From a bacterium UBP2_UBA5202 (GTDB taxonomy: Bacteria > Edwardsbacteria > AC1 > EtOH8), in NCBI GenBank assembly GCA_002412795.1, contig DHVS01000038.1:4-64003 (forward strand): DNA of 64,000 bases. Reading direction: 5' to 3'. The position numbers and the translations under genes were made by a program. Below the pieces are notes generated by a model, which was given only the letters and a program-made list of their open reading frames with translations, made no database searches and was not told where the DNA came from. Numbering within the stretch: the first letter of the stretch is position 1; each line of letters opens with the position of its first letter. Of the stretch, positions 1 to 9,755 are shown piece by piece.

Positions 1-78
1 AGACCACAGGGAATTGCAAGTTTAAGATAAAAGCCATCAGAATATCATATTCTATGGCATTCTTGATGCTTTTGCAAG

Positions 79-117
79 CAAAAAATAAGGCCGGAACACA
101 TCCTTGTGTTCCGGCCG
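79..117 (-). terminator. Rho-independent terminator for the minus-strand gene ending at 208
   Basis: GC-rich hairpin ggccggaacaca/tgtgttccggcc followed on the minus strand by a T-run (plus-strand aaaaaataa). Confidence 0.5.
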
Positions 118-207
118 GGGTACGGTTATTATCACCTAATAAAAAACATTAAAGTCACCGAAAAACCCGACTCTTTGGCGGCTAAATGTCGGGCCTTTAT
201 ATATGGG

Positions 208-840
208 TCACGGGGCCAGGCCCAAGCCGGCCACCAGACCCAGGGGCCGGATGTCTCCTCCCAACTGCAGGTAAAAGTAGCGCCCCAGTTTATAGTAAAC
301 GCCGCCGGTAATATTAAGATTTACTGTTGAGTTGGATTCATCTCTAACCCAATAAGACCCATCGGCACTTATACCCCCGGTATAAGGTTCACGGTACTGA
401 CGGTAAGCCTTGTGGAATGAAGCCCCCAGCCCCAGGTAGGAGCAGAAATGGTCGTTTATGGGCCAGGTGATCCCACCATTTACCGAGATCCAGGAATAGC
501 GTGAATCTTTTAACGTATCGGCGTAGAAGATAGTTTCCACGTCTTCTACGGTCAGGTTTTCGGATAAATAGGGAGCAATCTCCAGCGTGGTAAGGTCCAT
601 TTTATATTCCAAAAAAAGGCCCACGGCTTGGGGCCGGGAAACTCCAATGGTAACTCCAAGGTATTGATTGGGAATGTTGACGGCATACCCAAGTAGGAAC
701 CTGTTACCGGAATTGAAACCTGGCCCCCCGTCATCGTCGTAATTGTATTTTTCTACTTGGGCCCAGGCCGGGCTGTGAACCATTATCAAGACCAACAAAC
801 CTAAGATGAACGATGTTTTCCTCATGATTGCCATTATCAA
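208..840 (-). CDS. Secreted or outer-membrane beta-barrel-like hypothetical protein (signal peptide)
   Basis: N-terminal signal peptide ending in AWAQ. The protein is rich in Tyr/Gly and alternating beta-strand-like segments, and ends ...GLAP. The start could be the internal Met at 825. Confidence 0.45.
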   Translation of the reverse strand: MIMAIMRKTSFILGLLVLIMVHSPAWAQVEKYNYDDDGGPGFNSGNRFLLGYAVNIPNQYLGVTIGVSRPQAVGLFLEYKMDLTTLEIAPYLSENLTVEDVETIFYADTLKDSRYSWISVNGGITWPINDHFCSYLGLGASFHKAYRQYREPYTGGISADGSYWVRDESNSTVNLNITGGVYYKLGRYFYLQLGGDIRPLGLVAGLGLAP

Positions 841-876
841 TTAACCTTATTGTGATATTATTGTATTTGTTTCAAG

Positions 877-1851
877 CTAAACCATCCGGCCCCGGCCGGT
901 GTCCGAGATATCCACCAGCTCCCGGGGATAGGGTTCAAAGTAGGTCTGGAGCCCAAGGTACTTATCCTGAAAACGGGCCACCCAAGCTCCGATCAGCGTG
1001 GCAGCCGTGCTCAGCGGGATCTTATCCCGGCCCAGCAGATCCAGTTGTTCCAGAAAATATTTTTTCTCGGCCGGGGTCAGCTCGTCCTTGAAATAGCCCA
1101 GGGCATGCATCAGCACATTCAGGTGGGAGCGGGGCCGGGGGGTCCGGCCCAGGGCCTGCTCAAAATGCGCTTGATACCCGGCCGCCAGTTCTGTCCACTT
1201 TAACTCGTTTTGACGGGCCACCAATTTCCCCAGGACCCGCATCTCCTTCTGGTTGTAGGCCATCAGCTGCAGTTTGCGGGAGGAGTGGAACTCCACCAGT
1301 TTTTTTACCGGGCCGGAGTTCAAAGTATCCCTTAAACCGGCCAGGGCGAAGATCCTGGTCAAAAAATGTTCCCGGATGGCGGCGTTCTCCAGCCGTCCCT
1401 CGTCCTCTATAGCCCGGCCGGGGTAGAGCTCAAGCGCCAGGCCGCCGAAGAACCCGGAACTTTTGCCGGTGACCGGGGCCGTGCCCTTAAACGAACCGGG
1501 ATAGACCTTGACGTCATTGATGCCGCAGGAGGGGGAGCGGGTCTTAAGCAGAAAGCCGTCCACCGGTCCCAGGCCATTTAAAAAAATCCCGGCAAAGGCG
1601 TTCATCTCTGCCGTCACATCCCGGCCGGTGGCCGGCTGGTACAGGGAGCGGCGGCCCTTGGTTTCTACGATCCGGACTGGGTCGCGGGGCACGCCCAGGC
1701 CGATCTCCAGCTCCGGGCAGACAGGGACAAAGTCTACGTGGTCCTTAAGTTTCCGGACAAAAGGACTGGAGATTATCAGGCCGTTGTAGCGGCAGGCGGC
1801 GAAACCCAGGCACTTGCTGACCACTATCCGTGGTTTGAAAAATTTATTCAT
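877..1851 (-). CDS. DUF523 plus DUF1722 domain protein (YbgA/TudS-like)
   Basis: The N-terminus PRIVVSKCLGFAACRYNG matches the DUF523 Cys motif, and the C-terminal half resembles DUF1722. Confidence 0.65.
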   Translation of the reverse strand: MNKFFKPRIVVSKCLGFAACRYNGLIISSPFVRKLKDHVDFVPVCPELEIGLGVPRDPVRIVETKGRRSLYQPATGRDVTAEMNAFAGIFLNGLGPVDGFLLKTRSPSCGINDVKVYPGSFKGTAPVTGKSSGFFGGLALELYPGRAIEDEGRLENAAIREHFLTRIFALAGLRDTLNSGPVKKLVEFHSSRKLQLMAYNQKEMRVLGKLVARQNELKWTELAAGYQAHFEQALGRTPRPRSHLNVLMHALGYFKDELTPAEKKYFLEQLDLLGRDKIPLSTAATLIGAWVARFQDKYLGLQTYFEPYPRELVDISDTGRGRMV

Positions 1852-2458
1852 TTTGAATTGTATTGTTCTTTAGCGGATCAACTGGTTTGCCGAAATGAAA
1901 ATAAGCCAGGGTTCCGCTTAGCGGAGCAAGAATGACGGCGGCACTGGCAAAATTCCCTTCCCCTGTGGAAGCGGTTAAGACCGCCCCCAACCCTAATGTT
2001 AACACAATGCCACCAGCGGCGTACCAATAAGAACTATTACAGAATCGTTTGGCAGAATAGTGTATCCCCACCGTAGAGAGTGCCGTTGCCCCGGCCACAC
2101 CGCCCAAAACCACATAGGGAATAAGATCAAATCCAGCCCAATCATCAGTAGTATCAATAAATTGTTTGCCTATCAAACCGGCTACGGTACCGCCCAATAA
2201 ACCTCCACCTATATATAACATTGCTCCGGAAAATGCCGTTTTAACATATAATCTGGGAGGGTAGTGTTCAGGGTGTTTTGGTGTTGGGGCCATAACATTT
2301 GGCCTGTTCTCTCCAGTAACAGTAGCTTCAGGAGCAGACTGGTCGGCGGAAGTGTAAAATGGTGATAGCCTATAAGATAGCTGTTGCTCAATGGTCTGAG
2401 CCCGAACGCAAAAAGTAAAAACCTGAACCAGGGAAAACAGCAACAAAAATCTTTTCAT
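1844..2458 (-). CDS. Hypothetical secreted or membrane glycine-rich protein
   Basis: Signal peptide MKRFLLLFSLVQVFTFCVRAQ followed by Gly/Ala-rich hydrophobic segments. It overlaps the previous gene by 8 nt. Confidence 0.4.
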   Translation of the reverse strand: MKRFLLLFSLVQVFTFCVRAQTIEQQLSYRLSPFYTSADQSAPEATVTGENRPNVMAPTPKHPEHYPPRLYVKTAFSGAMLYIGGGLLGGTVAGLIGKQFIDTTDDWAGFDLIPYVVLGGVAGATALSTVGIHYSAKRFCNSSYWYAAGGIVLTLGLGAVLTASTGEGNFASAAVILAPLSGTLAYFHFGKPVDPLKNNTIQNE

Positions 2459-2495
2459 AAAATTGTTCCTTACTTGCTATATAACCGGTTGGGAA

Positions 2496-2744
2496 CTATT
2501 TCTGTTCCCGTTCCACCTTGACCGTGCACTCGGTCACTAATGCCGCCACCGCGCCGATGGCGGCCAGGGTGGGGGCAATCAGGGCGCCCACCACCCCGAT
2601 GGTCAGGGGAAAGGCCATGATGACCTTCCCGTCCCGGTCGATGATGGTGATGCGGCGGATGTTGCCCTCGCGCACCAGCTCCTTGACCTTGGCCAGCAGC
2701 TGTTCGCCGGATACTTTTATTTCCTCGGTGAATTGGCCGGACAT
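2496..2744 (-). CDS. DUF4342-family small protein
   Basis: An 82-aa protein with a charged N-terminus and a Gly/Ala-rich hydrophobic C-terminal half, typical of DUF4342. Confidence 0.5.
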   Translation of the reverse strand: MSGQFTEEIKVSGEQLLAKVKELVREGNIRRITIIDRDGKVIMAFPLTIGVVGALIAPTLAAIGAVAALVTECTVKVEREQK

Positions 2745-2773
2745 GGTGCTTCTCCTTTTGATAATGGATTGGA

Positions 2774-4258
2774 TCAGGAAACTTTTGTTCCGGTAATCAT
2801 CCCGGCCGCGATCCGTCCCGACTGGTAAATGGTCGGCAGACCCGAGCCGGGATGGGTGCCGCCGCCCACCAGGTAGCAGTTCCTGAATTCCTCAAAACGG
2901 TTGTGGGGTCTGAAGGACAGCATCTGGGTTATCTTGTGGCTGAGGTTGAAGGTGGCCCCGTTATAGATGTTGTATTCATGCTGCCAGTCGGCCGGGGTGA
3001 TCACCTTCTCCACCTCGATGTGCTGTTCCAGGTCCTTCAGCTCGGTCTTGTCCTGGATGATCCTGATCACCAGGTCGCGGAAGCCCTTCTTTTCCTTGGC
3101 CCAGTCTATCCCCGAGGTCTGATTGGCGATGGGCACCAGCACGTAGATGGCAGACTTCCCGGCCGGGGCCAGGGTGGGGTCGGTGATGCTGGCGTTCTGG
3201 ATGTAGACCGACGGGTCCCGGGGCAGGGTCTTGGTCCTGACTATCTCGTCCACGTTGTCCCGGTAGCTTTGGGCGAAGATCACGTTGTGGTGCGGGATGT
3301 CGTACTTCCTGTTCACCCCCAGGTAAAGCATGAAGGTGGAGCAGGAATACTCCATCTTCTTCAGCCTGGCGTCGGTGTATTTTTTCCGGTCCTCCGGCTT
3401 GACGATACTGCTCATGGCCCAGGCGAAATCGGGGTTGATGATCACCTGGTCGGCCTCTATGGACCGGCCGTTCTCCAGCAAAACGCCTTTGGCAGTGCGG
3501 TCCTTAACCTGCAATTGTTTCACCGGGGTGTTCAGGTGAATCCGTCCGCCGTCCTCCTGGATCACTTTGGCCATGGCTTCAGATATCTTATTGAGCCCGC
3601 CGATGGGGTGGTAGATGCCGAACTTGTGCTCGATGATCGACAATATGGTGAAGGTGGCCGGGCACTGCCAGGGCGACATCCCCAGGTACTTGGCCTGGAA
3701 GGTCATGGCGATCCGCAGGTCGTCGTGGGTGAAGTAGCTGGCCAGCCGGTCATAGACCGAGGCGAATGGATCCAGCCGGGGGATGGCTTTCAGGAAGCGC
3801 GGTTTCAGGTACGAGAGCAGGCTGTCATACGGCACCTTCAAACAGGGATAGACCCGGTCGAACTTCTTTCCCTCGTCCTTTTTGAACCGCAGATAATTCC
3901 GTCCGTCCCCGGGGAAGGCCCGCTCGACCTCCTCCACCATCCTTTTTTCATCGCCGGTGGGGAAGAAGTCCCTGCCGCCCTCGAACCGCAGGCGGTACAT
4001 GGGATCAATGCGTTTCAGGTCCAGGTACTTGTTCATGTCCCGGCCGGCGTCGGCGAAGGACTGCTCCAGCACCTCCAGCAGCATCAGGAAAGTGGGGCCG
4101 GTGTCAAAGGTGTACTGGTCCAGCCTGATGGCCTGGTTGCGGCCGCCCACCCGGCTGTCCTTTTCGAATATATCCACCTGATAGCCTTTGTTGGCCAGCT
4201 GCATGCCGGCGGTCAGCCCGCCCGGCCCGGCCCCGATGATGATGACTTTTTTGCTCAT
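2774..4258 (-). CDS. FAD-dependent oxidoreductase of the phytoene desaturase (CrtI) family
   Basis: N-terminal IIGAGPGGL dinucleotide-binding motif and a 494-aa length typical of CrtI-family amine oxidases. Confidence 0.75.
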   Translation of the reverse strand: MSKKVIIIGAGPGGLTAGMQLANKGYQVDIFEKDSRVGGRNQAIRLDQYTFDTGPTFLMLLEVLEQSFADAGRDMNKYLDLKRIDPMYRLRFEGGRDFFPTGDEKRMVEEVERAFPGDGRNYLRFKKDEGKKFDRVYPCLKVPYDSLLSYLKPRFLKAIPRLDPFASVYDRLASYFTHDDLRIAMTFQAKYLGMSPWQCPATFTILSIIEHKFGIYHPIGGLNKISEAMAKVIQEDGGRIHLNTPVKQLQVKDRTAKGVLLENGRSIEADQVIINPDFAWAMSSIVKPEDRKKYTDARLKKMEYSCSTFMLYLGVNRKYDIPHHNVIFAQSYRDNVDEIVRTKTLPRDPSVYIQNASITDPTLAPAGKSAIYVLVPIANQTSGIDWAKEKKGFRDLVIRIIQDKTELKDLEQHIEVEKVITPADWQHEYNIYNGATFNLSHKITQMLSFRPHNRFEEFRNCYLVGGGTHPGSGLPTIYQSGRIAAGMITGTKVS

Positions 4259-4697
4259 ATAATTTTACTTTTTCAAATAAGCTTGTTCTCGGTAAAACTG
4301 TAATACCCCAGCCTAACTATTATCAGATGATCCCATGCACTAATTGTAAGGGATAGGGCCAAGATGATTTTGCCCATTAACCAGTTAGCTGAACTGGGCC
4401 AGCAGCGGCAACCCAGAAACTATTATCTTCGGTGAATTGATTAGCCAATGTATTTTCCGTCAAGTGATAATTCTTATGCAGAAAAGTAAAAAACAATTAC
4501 ATTATTGCATTGAAACAAAGGAAGGTATTATTATTGCCGCAAAAAGCATACAGGAAACAAAGGCACCTAAAAACCAAACAAGCGCTTTTTTCTTTTCACC
4601 ATGCCTAATACATATTATGCCTTTTACTAAAGCATATACAAAAAATACAATAAATATTAATTGCATATATTTATCGTCTCCAATCTTTGTTAAATAT

Positions 4698-5378
4698 TCA
4701 TATCAACTTGTTTTCAGCGAAACTATAGTGCCCGGCCCTTCCCACTATGATGTGGTCCAGCACCCGGATGTCCAGCGCCTTGGCCACGCTGACGATGGAG
4801 TCGGTCAGCTGCCGGTCCTCCGGCGAGGGCTGGCAGTGCCCGCTGGGGTGGTTGTGCACCAGGATCAGCCCTGCGGCGTGGAGGTTCAGGGCCTCCTCGA
4901 TGATCCGCCGGGGATAGACCGCCGCCTTGTCCACCGTGCCCTGGTTGATGGTCTTGTATCTCAGCACCTCGTTCTTGGTGTTGAGATAGATGCAGAGGAA
5001 GGCCTCGTTGGGCAGTCCGGCCATCTTGGTCCGGGCGAAAGCCAGCACCGACTGGGGCGAGGAGAGGGCGTCCCTGGACATCATCCCGTCCGCCAGGTAC
5101 TGCTCGGACAGGTGCTTGGCCAGCTTGATCAGCACCGCCGGGGATGTTCCTATACCCTTGACCTTCTCCAGGTCTTCGGGGGTGGCGTCCAGCACTCCGG
5201 CCAGGCCGTCGAACCTGGCGATCAATTCCTTGGCCAAGGGCTTTACATCGCGGGGGGGCAGGGCGTAGGTCAGCAGCAGTTCCAGCAGCTCGTAGTCGTG
5301 CAGGCCTTCTCCGGCGGTCCGGCGGAACTTTTCCTTCAGTCTCTGGCGGTGCCCCGATGTCTGTTCTTTCTGGTCCAT
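4698..5378 (-). CDS. radC: RadC-family JAB domain protein
   Basis: HNHPSG JAMM motif and a helix-hairpin-helix N-terminal region. The start is placed at the internal Met (MDQKEQ...) rather than the ORF-track start at 5468. Confidence 0.75.
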   Translation of the reverse strand: MDQKEQTSGHRQRLKEKFRRTAGEGLHDYELLELLLTYALPPRDVKPLAKELIARFDGLAGVLDATPEDLEKVKGIGTSPAVLIKLAKHLSEQYLADGMMSRDALSSPQSVLAFARTKMAGLPNEAFLCIYLNTKNEVLRYKTINQGTVDKAAVYPRRIIEEALNLHAAGLILVHNHPSGHCQPSPEDRQLTDSIVSVAKALDIRVLDHIIVGRAGHYSFAENKLI

Positions 5379-5478
5379 GTTTCGTATTTTTAAATTCCCG
5401 TCCCGAAGCGGAAACCGGCTTGCATATTTGCCTGGTTTGTTATACAATTTGTCAGAACCATTTTTCAAACGGAGGCTT

Positions 5479-6117
5479 ATGTCAAACTATACCATTCTGG
5501 TGGTCGAGGATGAAGCCAACATGGCCCGCCTGCTGGAATTCCAGCTGCGGAGCGCCGGCTACCAGGTGATCCAGGCCAGGGATGGAAAGGACGGTCTGCA
5601 GGTGGCCAAAGAGAAACCGGTGGACCTGATCCTGACCGACATCATGATGCCGATGATGGACGGCTACGAACTGTGCCGGGCGGTCAAGCAGAGCCCGGAG
5701 CTGTGGCACATCCCGGTGATCATGCTTTCGGCCAAGTCCGACCGGGCCAGCATCATCCACGGTTATGCGGTGGGCGCCGCCCGCTACCTGACCAAGCCCC
5801 TCAAGCGCGAGGAACTGTACAAGGGGATAGACCTGCGGCTTAAATATTCCTACAAGGCCAAGGCCATGCTGGACCGCAAGGCCAAGGAGTGGGCCGGCCA
5901 GCTGGCGGGGGACAACGTGTTCACCGTGCTGGAGCTGTTCTCCATCGGCGGCTGGACCGGGAGGATAGACATCACCAATTCCCTGGGCCAGCACGGCTGC
6001 CTGCACCTGGCCGGCGGGTCCATTCTTAGCTGCAGCCTGGAGGGGCAGAGCAGTAATTTCAACATTTTCCTGGTGCTGTCCTGGGAGCAGGGCGAATTCA
6101 CTGCCTTCCGGTACTGA
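5479..6117 (+). CDS. Response regulator receiver domain fused to a DUF4388 domain
   Basis: GGAGG RBS 6 nt upstream of the ATG. The receiver domain is CheY-like (VVEDE...D...LTDIMMP...LSAK). The C-terminal FTVLELFSIGGWTGRIDI segment is typical of DUF4388. Confidence 0.7.
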   Translation: MSNYTILVVEDEANMARLLEFQLRSAGYQVIQARDGKDGLQVAKEKPVDLILTDIMMPMMDGYELCRAVKQSPELWHIPVIMLSAKSDRASIIHGYAVGAARYLTKPLKREELYKGIDLRLKYSYKAKAMLDRKAKEWAGQLAGDNVFTVLELFSIGGWTGRIDITNSLGQHGCLHLAGGSILSCSLEGQSSNFNIFLVLSWEQGEFTAFRY

Positions 6118-6825
6118 TCATTTGACCATGGCTTTTTTGCGCAACGTGGTCGGCATCTTCTCGATGGCATAGCGCAATGCCGTCCGGGGCATCGTATCCT
6201 TGTTCTTCATCACATAGCCGAAAATTTCCCGGGGAAATTTGACATAGGCCTCCTTAAGCAGCCAGCCATAGCCCTTTTGCACCAGGTAATGTTCATCGTT
6301 CAGCAGTGCGTCCGAAGTCTCAAGGATCTCCGGCAAGGCCCGGCCCAGTTTGGCGGGAGAGATCAATATCACCGCCGCCGCCCGGCGCAGGTGCCATTCC
6401 CGGGATCTGGTCCAGCGGAACACCTGGGGCAGGAATTGTGAATAACGGCAGATGAAATATCCCAAGGCCCGCCGGCAAAGGTCGTCCACCCCGCCCCAGT
6501 TGCTGACATGATTCTTTAGCCAGCGTTCCAGTATCTTGAAATCGGCCGGCTCAAACTGTCTGCGGAGCCGCCAGGCCCAGTCGAAGGCGATGGTGCGTTC
6601 CTCGCTGGTGTCGTACGAGAGCATCTTGTCGCACAGGGCAAAGATCTCAGATTTCCCCAAACCTTTTACTTGCCGATAGTATTTAGCCGAAATGGCCCGA
6701 ACCGCCGGCAGGCGCACCCCGTGCAGGACTATCCCTTCCTTGAAATAGTTCTGGGCGCCATTACGGTAGACTGGGTCCACGTTCTGCAGCAGCTCGGTCC
6801 GGATATTCTTAATTACTGTGTTCAT
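6118..6825 (-). CDS. DNA alkylation repair enzyme (AlkD/HEAT-repeat glycosylase family)
   Basis: HEAT-like repeats with the conserved W..W and VD positions of the PF08713 family. The start is taken at the internal MNTVIK, which overlaps the upstream GNAT stop by 4 nt. Confidence 0.65.
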   Translation of the reverse strand: MNTVIKNIRTELLQNVDPVYRNGAQNYFKEGIVLHGVRLPAVRAISAKYYRQVKGLGKSEIFALCDKMLSYDTSEERTIAFDWAWRLRRQFEPADFKILERWLKNHVSNWGGVDDLCRRALGYFICRYSQFLPQVFRWTRSREWHLRRAAAVILISPAKLGRALPEILETSDALLNDEHYLVQKGYGWLLKEAYVKFPREIFGYVMKNKDTMPRTALRYAIEKMPTTLRKKAMVK

Positions 6826-7244
6826 AGTTTTCTGCCGGATTGCATAACGCGGTGGCGGATCATCATCCCTGTGGCCTTTGACATTCCGTGCCGGAGATAG
6901 AACGGTTGCACACTTTTGTCGCACAGCAGATCTACCATATACAGGCCTTTTAATCTCTTCAGCATTCTTTTGACCAACTCCCTTCCGATGCCCTGATTCC
7001 GGTATTCGGGCAAGACCTCTAACAGCGGAATATAAGCGCATAGCACACAGTCGCTGATGGCGGTGATGAAGCCCACCACCCCATTCGTTCGCTCATCGAC
7101 TGCCAGGACAACTTGATCGCTGTTTTTTAACAAAAGCAAATGAGTCCGGGGCGAAGGCTTTTTAGGCCAGCCTTCAAAGAACCCCCGAAGCATAGAAGGG
7201 GTTATCCCTTTAAGTGATGATGTGTATGCAATCATAGGCATCAT
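6822..7244 (-). CDS. GNAT family N-acetyltransferase
   Basis: Acetyl-CoA binding motif RNQGIGRELV. A 4-nt ATGA overlap with the downstream AlkD-like gene suggests translational coupling. Confidence 0.7.
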   Translation of the reverse strand: MMPMIAYTSSLKGITPSMLRGFFEGWPKKPSPRTHLLLLKNSDQVVLAVDERTNGVVGFITAISDCVLCAYIPLLEVLPEYRNQGIGRELVKRMLKRLKGLYMVDLLCDKSVQPFYLRHGMSKATGMMIRHRVMQSGRKL

Positions 7245-7417
7245 ATAGGATATATTAAATCATAACAGGTCGTTATATGCAACTAAATAATGAAAAAATT
7301 TAGATCTTTTTACCATGATCAAAAGGCCCCGGTCCTCCGCCTCTTTCTATAATGTCTGGCGGGATAATAAATAAAACAACTGTTGACTTTTAAAGCCTCC
7401 ATCACTATAATAATCCC

Positions 7418-8548
7418 ATGAACAATTCTGAACGCCGCCTGTTCCCGTTCCCGGCCATCATCGGCCAGGACAAGCTGAAGACCGCCTATCTGGCCAACCT
7501 GGTCAACCCGCGCATAGGGGGTCTGCTGATCTCCGGGCCCAAGGGCACCGGCAAGAGCACCATTGTGCATTCTATTTCCTCTGTGCTGCCGGAATATCAC
7601 GCGGTGCAGGACTGCCCCTTCAACTGTGATCCGGCCGACCCGTCCCGGTTCTGTTCTCTGTGCCGGGAGAGGACCGCCCACCGGGCGCTGACCAGGCCGA
7701 TGCGGATTATCAACCTGCCGCTGTCCTGCAGCGAGGACCGGCTGGTGGGCAGCATCGACGTGGAGAAACTGCTCAAGACCGGCGAGAAGGCGGTGCTGCC
7801 GGGCATCCTGGGGGCGGCCAACGGCAACATCCTTTACGTGGACGAGGTCAACCTGCTGCCCGACCACTTGGTGGACGACATCCTGGACGCGGCGGCCTCG
7901 CACTGGAACACCATCGAGCGGGAGGGGGTGTCCGTCTCCCACCCGGCCGGCTTCGTGCTGGTGGGAACCATGAACCCGGAGGAGGGCGACCTGAGGCCCC
8001 AGATCCTGGACCGCTTCCCGCTCTGCGTCCGGATAGAGACGGTGAAGGACCCGGGACAACGGGTGGAGATAGTCCGGGCAAACCTGATGTTCGAGGACCA
8101 TCCGGAGGAATTCTTTAAGCGATACGAGACCCGGTCGGAAGCGCTGAAAGCCGCCATCATAACCGCCAGGGGACTGCTGCCGGGGGTGACGGCCGGCGAC
8201 GAGGCGGTGGCGGCGGTGGCCCGCTCCTGCGCCGAGCTGAAAGTGGACGGCCAGCGCCCGGACATAGTGATCATAAAGACCGGCCTGACCCTGGCCGCCC
8301 TCAACGGCCGCACCCAGGCCGCCCGCGAAGACATAATGCTGGCGGCCGAGCTGGCCCTGGTGCACCGCACCCGGGACGGCGGCCTGCTGGAACCGCCCTC
8401 GCCCGATGAGATAGCCCGTAGTTTCGGCAAACATGCGGCAGCGGTCCCGGCCGCCAAAGACCTGGCGGATGGGGACAGCACCCAGTCATCCGGACAACCG
8501 TCATCTGAGGCCGGTTCCGGCGCCGATGGCGTAAAAAAAAACAAATAA
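7418..8548 (+). CDS. ChlI/BchI-like AAA+ ATPase (Mg-chelatase subunit I family) with a Cys-rich insert
   Basis: Walker A GPKGTGKST, Walker B ILYVDEVN, and sensor motifs of the ChlI family. It carries a CPFNCD...CSLC four-Cys insertion. Confidence 0.8.
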   Translation: MNNSERRLFPFPAIIGQDKLKTAYLANLVNPRIGGLLISGPKGTGKSTIVHSISSVLPEYHAVQDCPFNCDPADPSRFCSLCRERTAHRALTRPMRIINLPLSCSEDRLVGSIDVEKLLKTGEKAVLPGILGAANGNILYVDEVNLLPDHLVDDILDAAASHWNTIEREGVSVSHPAGFVLVGTMNPEEGDLRPQILDRFPLCVRIETVKDPGQRVEIVRANLMFEDHPEEFFKRYETRSEALKAAIITARGLLPGVTAGDEAVAAVARSCAELKVDGQRPDIVIIKTGLTLAALNGRTQAAREDIMLAAELALVHRTRDGGLLEPPSPDEIARSFGKHAAAVPAAKDLADGDSTQSSGQPSSEAGSGADGVKKNK

Positions 8549-8586
8549 AGGCCAAACTGCAGGCACTGCAAACGGCCAGGCTTAAT

Positions 8587-9675
8587 GTGCAGCCGGGGAA
8601 TGCCGACAGGAATATCCTGAGGAGCCTCTTTAACAAGGTCAAACGCCGGTTCACCAAGCCCAAGAAAATCGCAGTAATTTCCCCGGGCCAGCCCATTCCG
8701 CTGTTCGACCCCTCCCGCAGCCTGACTGCCAAGCTCAAAGGCGGGTTCCTGAAATTCCTGAAAAAGATCGGAAAGACCAAGACCCGTTCGTTCAAGGGAA
8801 GCCCCAGGCGGAGGACCGTGGTAACCGAGCGCTCGGGACGCAACGTCAAGGAGGTGCGTTACCAGCCGGGCGAGAATACCTTGGCCCCGGTGCAGACCCT
8901 GATCAAGGCCGCCGGGCAGGGCAGGTACGAATTCAGATCCAGGCGGTTCTCCATCGGCAGCCGTGATCTGGTGGGCTGGGAAAAAGCGGAAAGGCAGAGC
9001 CTGACCCTGGTGCTGCTGGCCGACGTCAGCCATTCCACCCATCCCTATATCAACGTGATGGCCGAGATCATCAACTCGCTGACCGGCTATTTCCGGGTGA
9101 ACAAGGACCGGATCGGGTTGATCTCGCTGTCCGGCGCCCAGGCCCGGATCCTGAACCACCCCACCCACAATTACCGGGTGGTCACTAAAAGCCTGCTGTC
9201 GCTGGCCATCCAGGGGCAGACCCCGCTGGCCGACGGGATGCAGAAGGCCCTGGCCATGATCCGCCTACAGAAGCAACGTTCGCCGGGTTCCTCCAGCCTG
9301 GTGATCGCCCTGACCGACTGCTATCCCGAACCGCTGACCTTCCATTCACCCGACCCCTTCGACGAGCCGGCTTACCGGGAATCGGTGCGGGCCGCTAAGC
9401 TCTTCCGCAAGGGCAAGGTTCCGCTGCTGCTGATAAACCCGACCTTCAGTCATCATGAGGAGAAGGATTATTTTCCGGGGGAGAAGCTTTCGGTGATGAT
9501 CGAAAGCGAAAGCGGGGGGAGGCTGATAAAATTATACCGTCCCATGGAATTCGCCCAGACCCAGCCCAGCCAGGGAATTCCGCCCAGCCACCGCGACATT
9601 CTCCGGATCATCAGCGGGGTGGAGGAAATGATAGGCAGCCGTAAACTGGGGGAGGACCGCCGGATAGCGGGCTGA
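8587..9675 (+). CDS. vWA domain protein (ChlD C-terminal-like partner of the ChlI-like ATPase)
   Basis: The von Willebrand A fold is indicated by a MIDAS-like motif (LVLLADVSHST) and by the gene's position immediately downstream of the AAA+ gene. Confidence 0.65.
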   Translation: MQPGNADRNILRSLFNKVKRRFTKPKKIAVISPGQPIPLFDPSRSLTAKLKGGFLKFLKKIGKTKTRSFKGSPRRRTVVTERSGRNVKEVRYQPGENTLAPVQTLIKAAGQGRYEFRSRRFSIGSRDLVGWEKAERQSLTLVLLADVSHSTHPYINVMAEIINSLTGYFRVNKDRIGLISLSGAQARILNHPTHNYRVVTKSLLSLAIQGQTPLADGMQKALAMIRLQKQRSPGSSSLVIALTDCYPEPLTFHSPDPFDEPAYRESVRAAKLFRKGKVPLLLINPTFSHHEEKDYFPGEKLSVMIESESGGRLIKLYRPMEFAQTQPSQGIPPSHRDILRIISGVEEMIGSRKLGEDRRIAG

Positions 9676-9704
9676 GGGATCGTCCCCAAAACATAAATTT
9701 CAGG

Positions 9705-9742
9705 CAAATACAAAACCCCGCCGCTGGCGGGGTTTTGTTTGG
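9705..9742. terminator. Bidirectional rho-independent terminator
   Basis: Hairpin aaaaccccgccgctggcggggtttt with T-runs on both strands, between convergent genes. Confidence 0.6.
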
Positions 9743-9755
9743 CTATGGGCAACGC

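Noticed and set aside
2852-4303. 483-aa plus-strand ORF
   Set aside because: It is entirely antisense to the well-supported CrtI-family gene. Its composition is low-complexity (G/V/P/H/L-rich), typical of high-GC antisense frames.
4437-5393. 318-aa plus-strand ORF spanning the AT-rich gap and the RadC region
   Set aside because: It overlaps the RadC gene antisense. Its N-terminal part runs through a non-coding AT-rich spacer.
7319-9168. Long minus-strand ORFs (371 and 444 aa), plus the 152-aa plus-strand Pro/Gly/Arg-rich ORF at 7660-8118
   Set aside because: They are antisense to, or out of frame with, the ChlI-like and vWA genes, which have clear domain signatures. They are Arg/Gly/Pro-rich artefacts.
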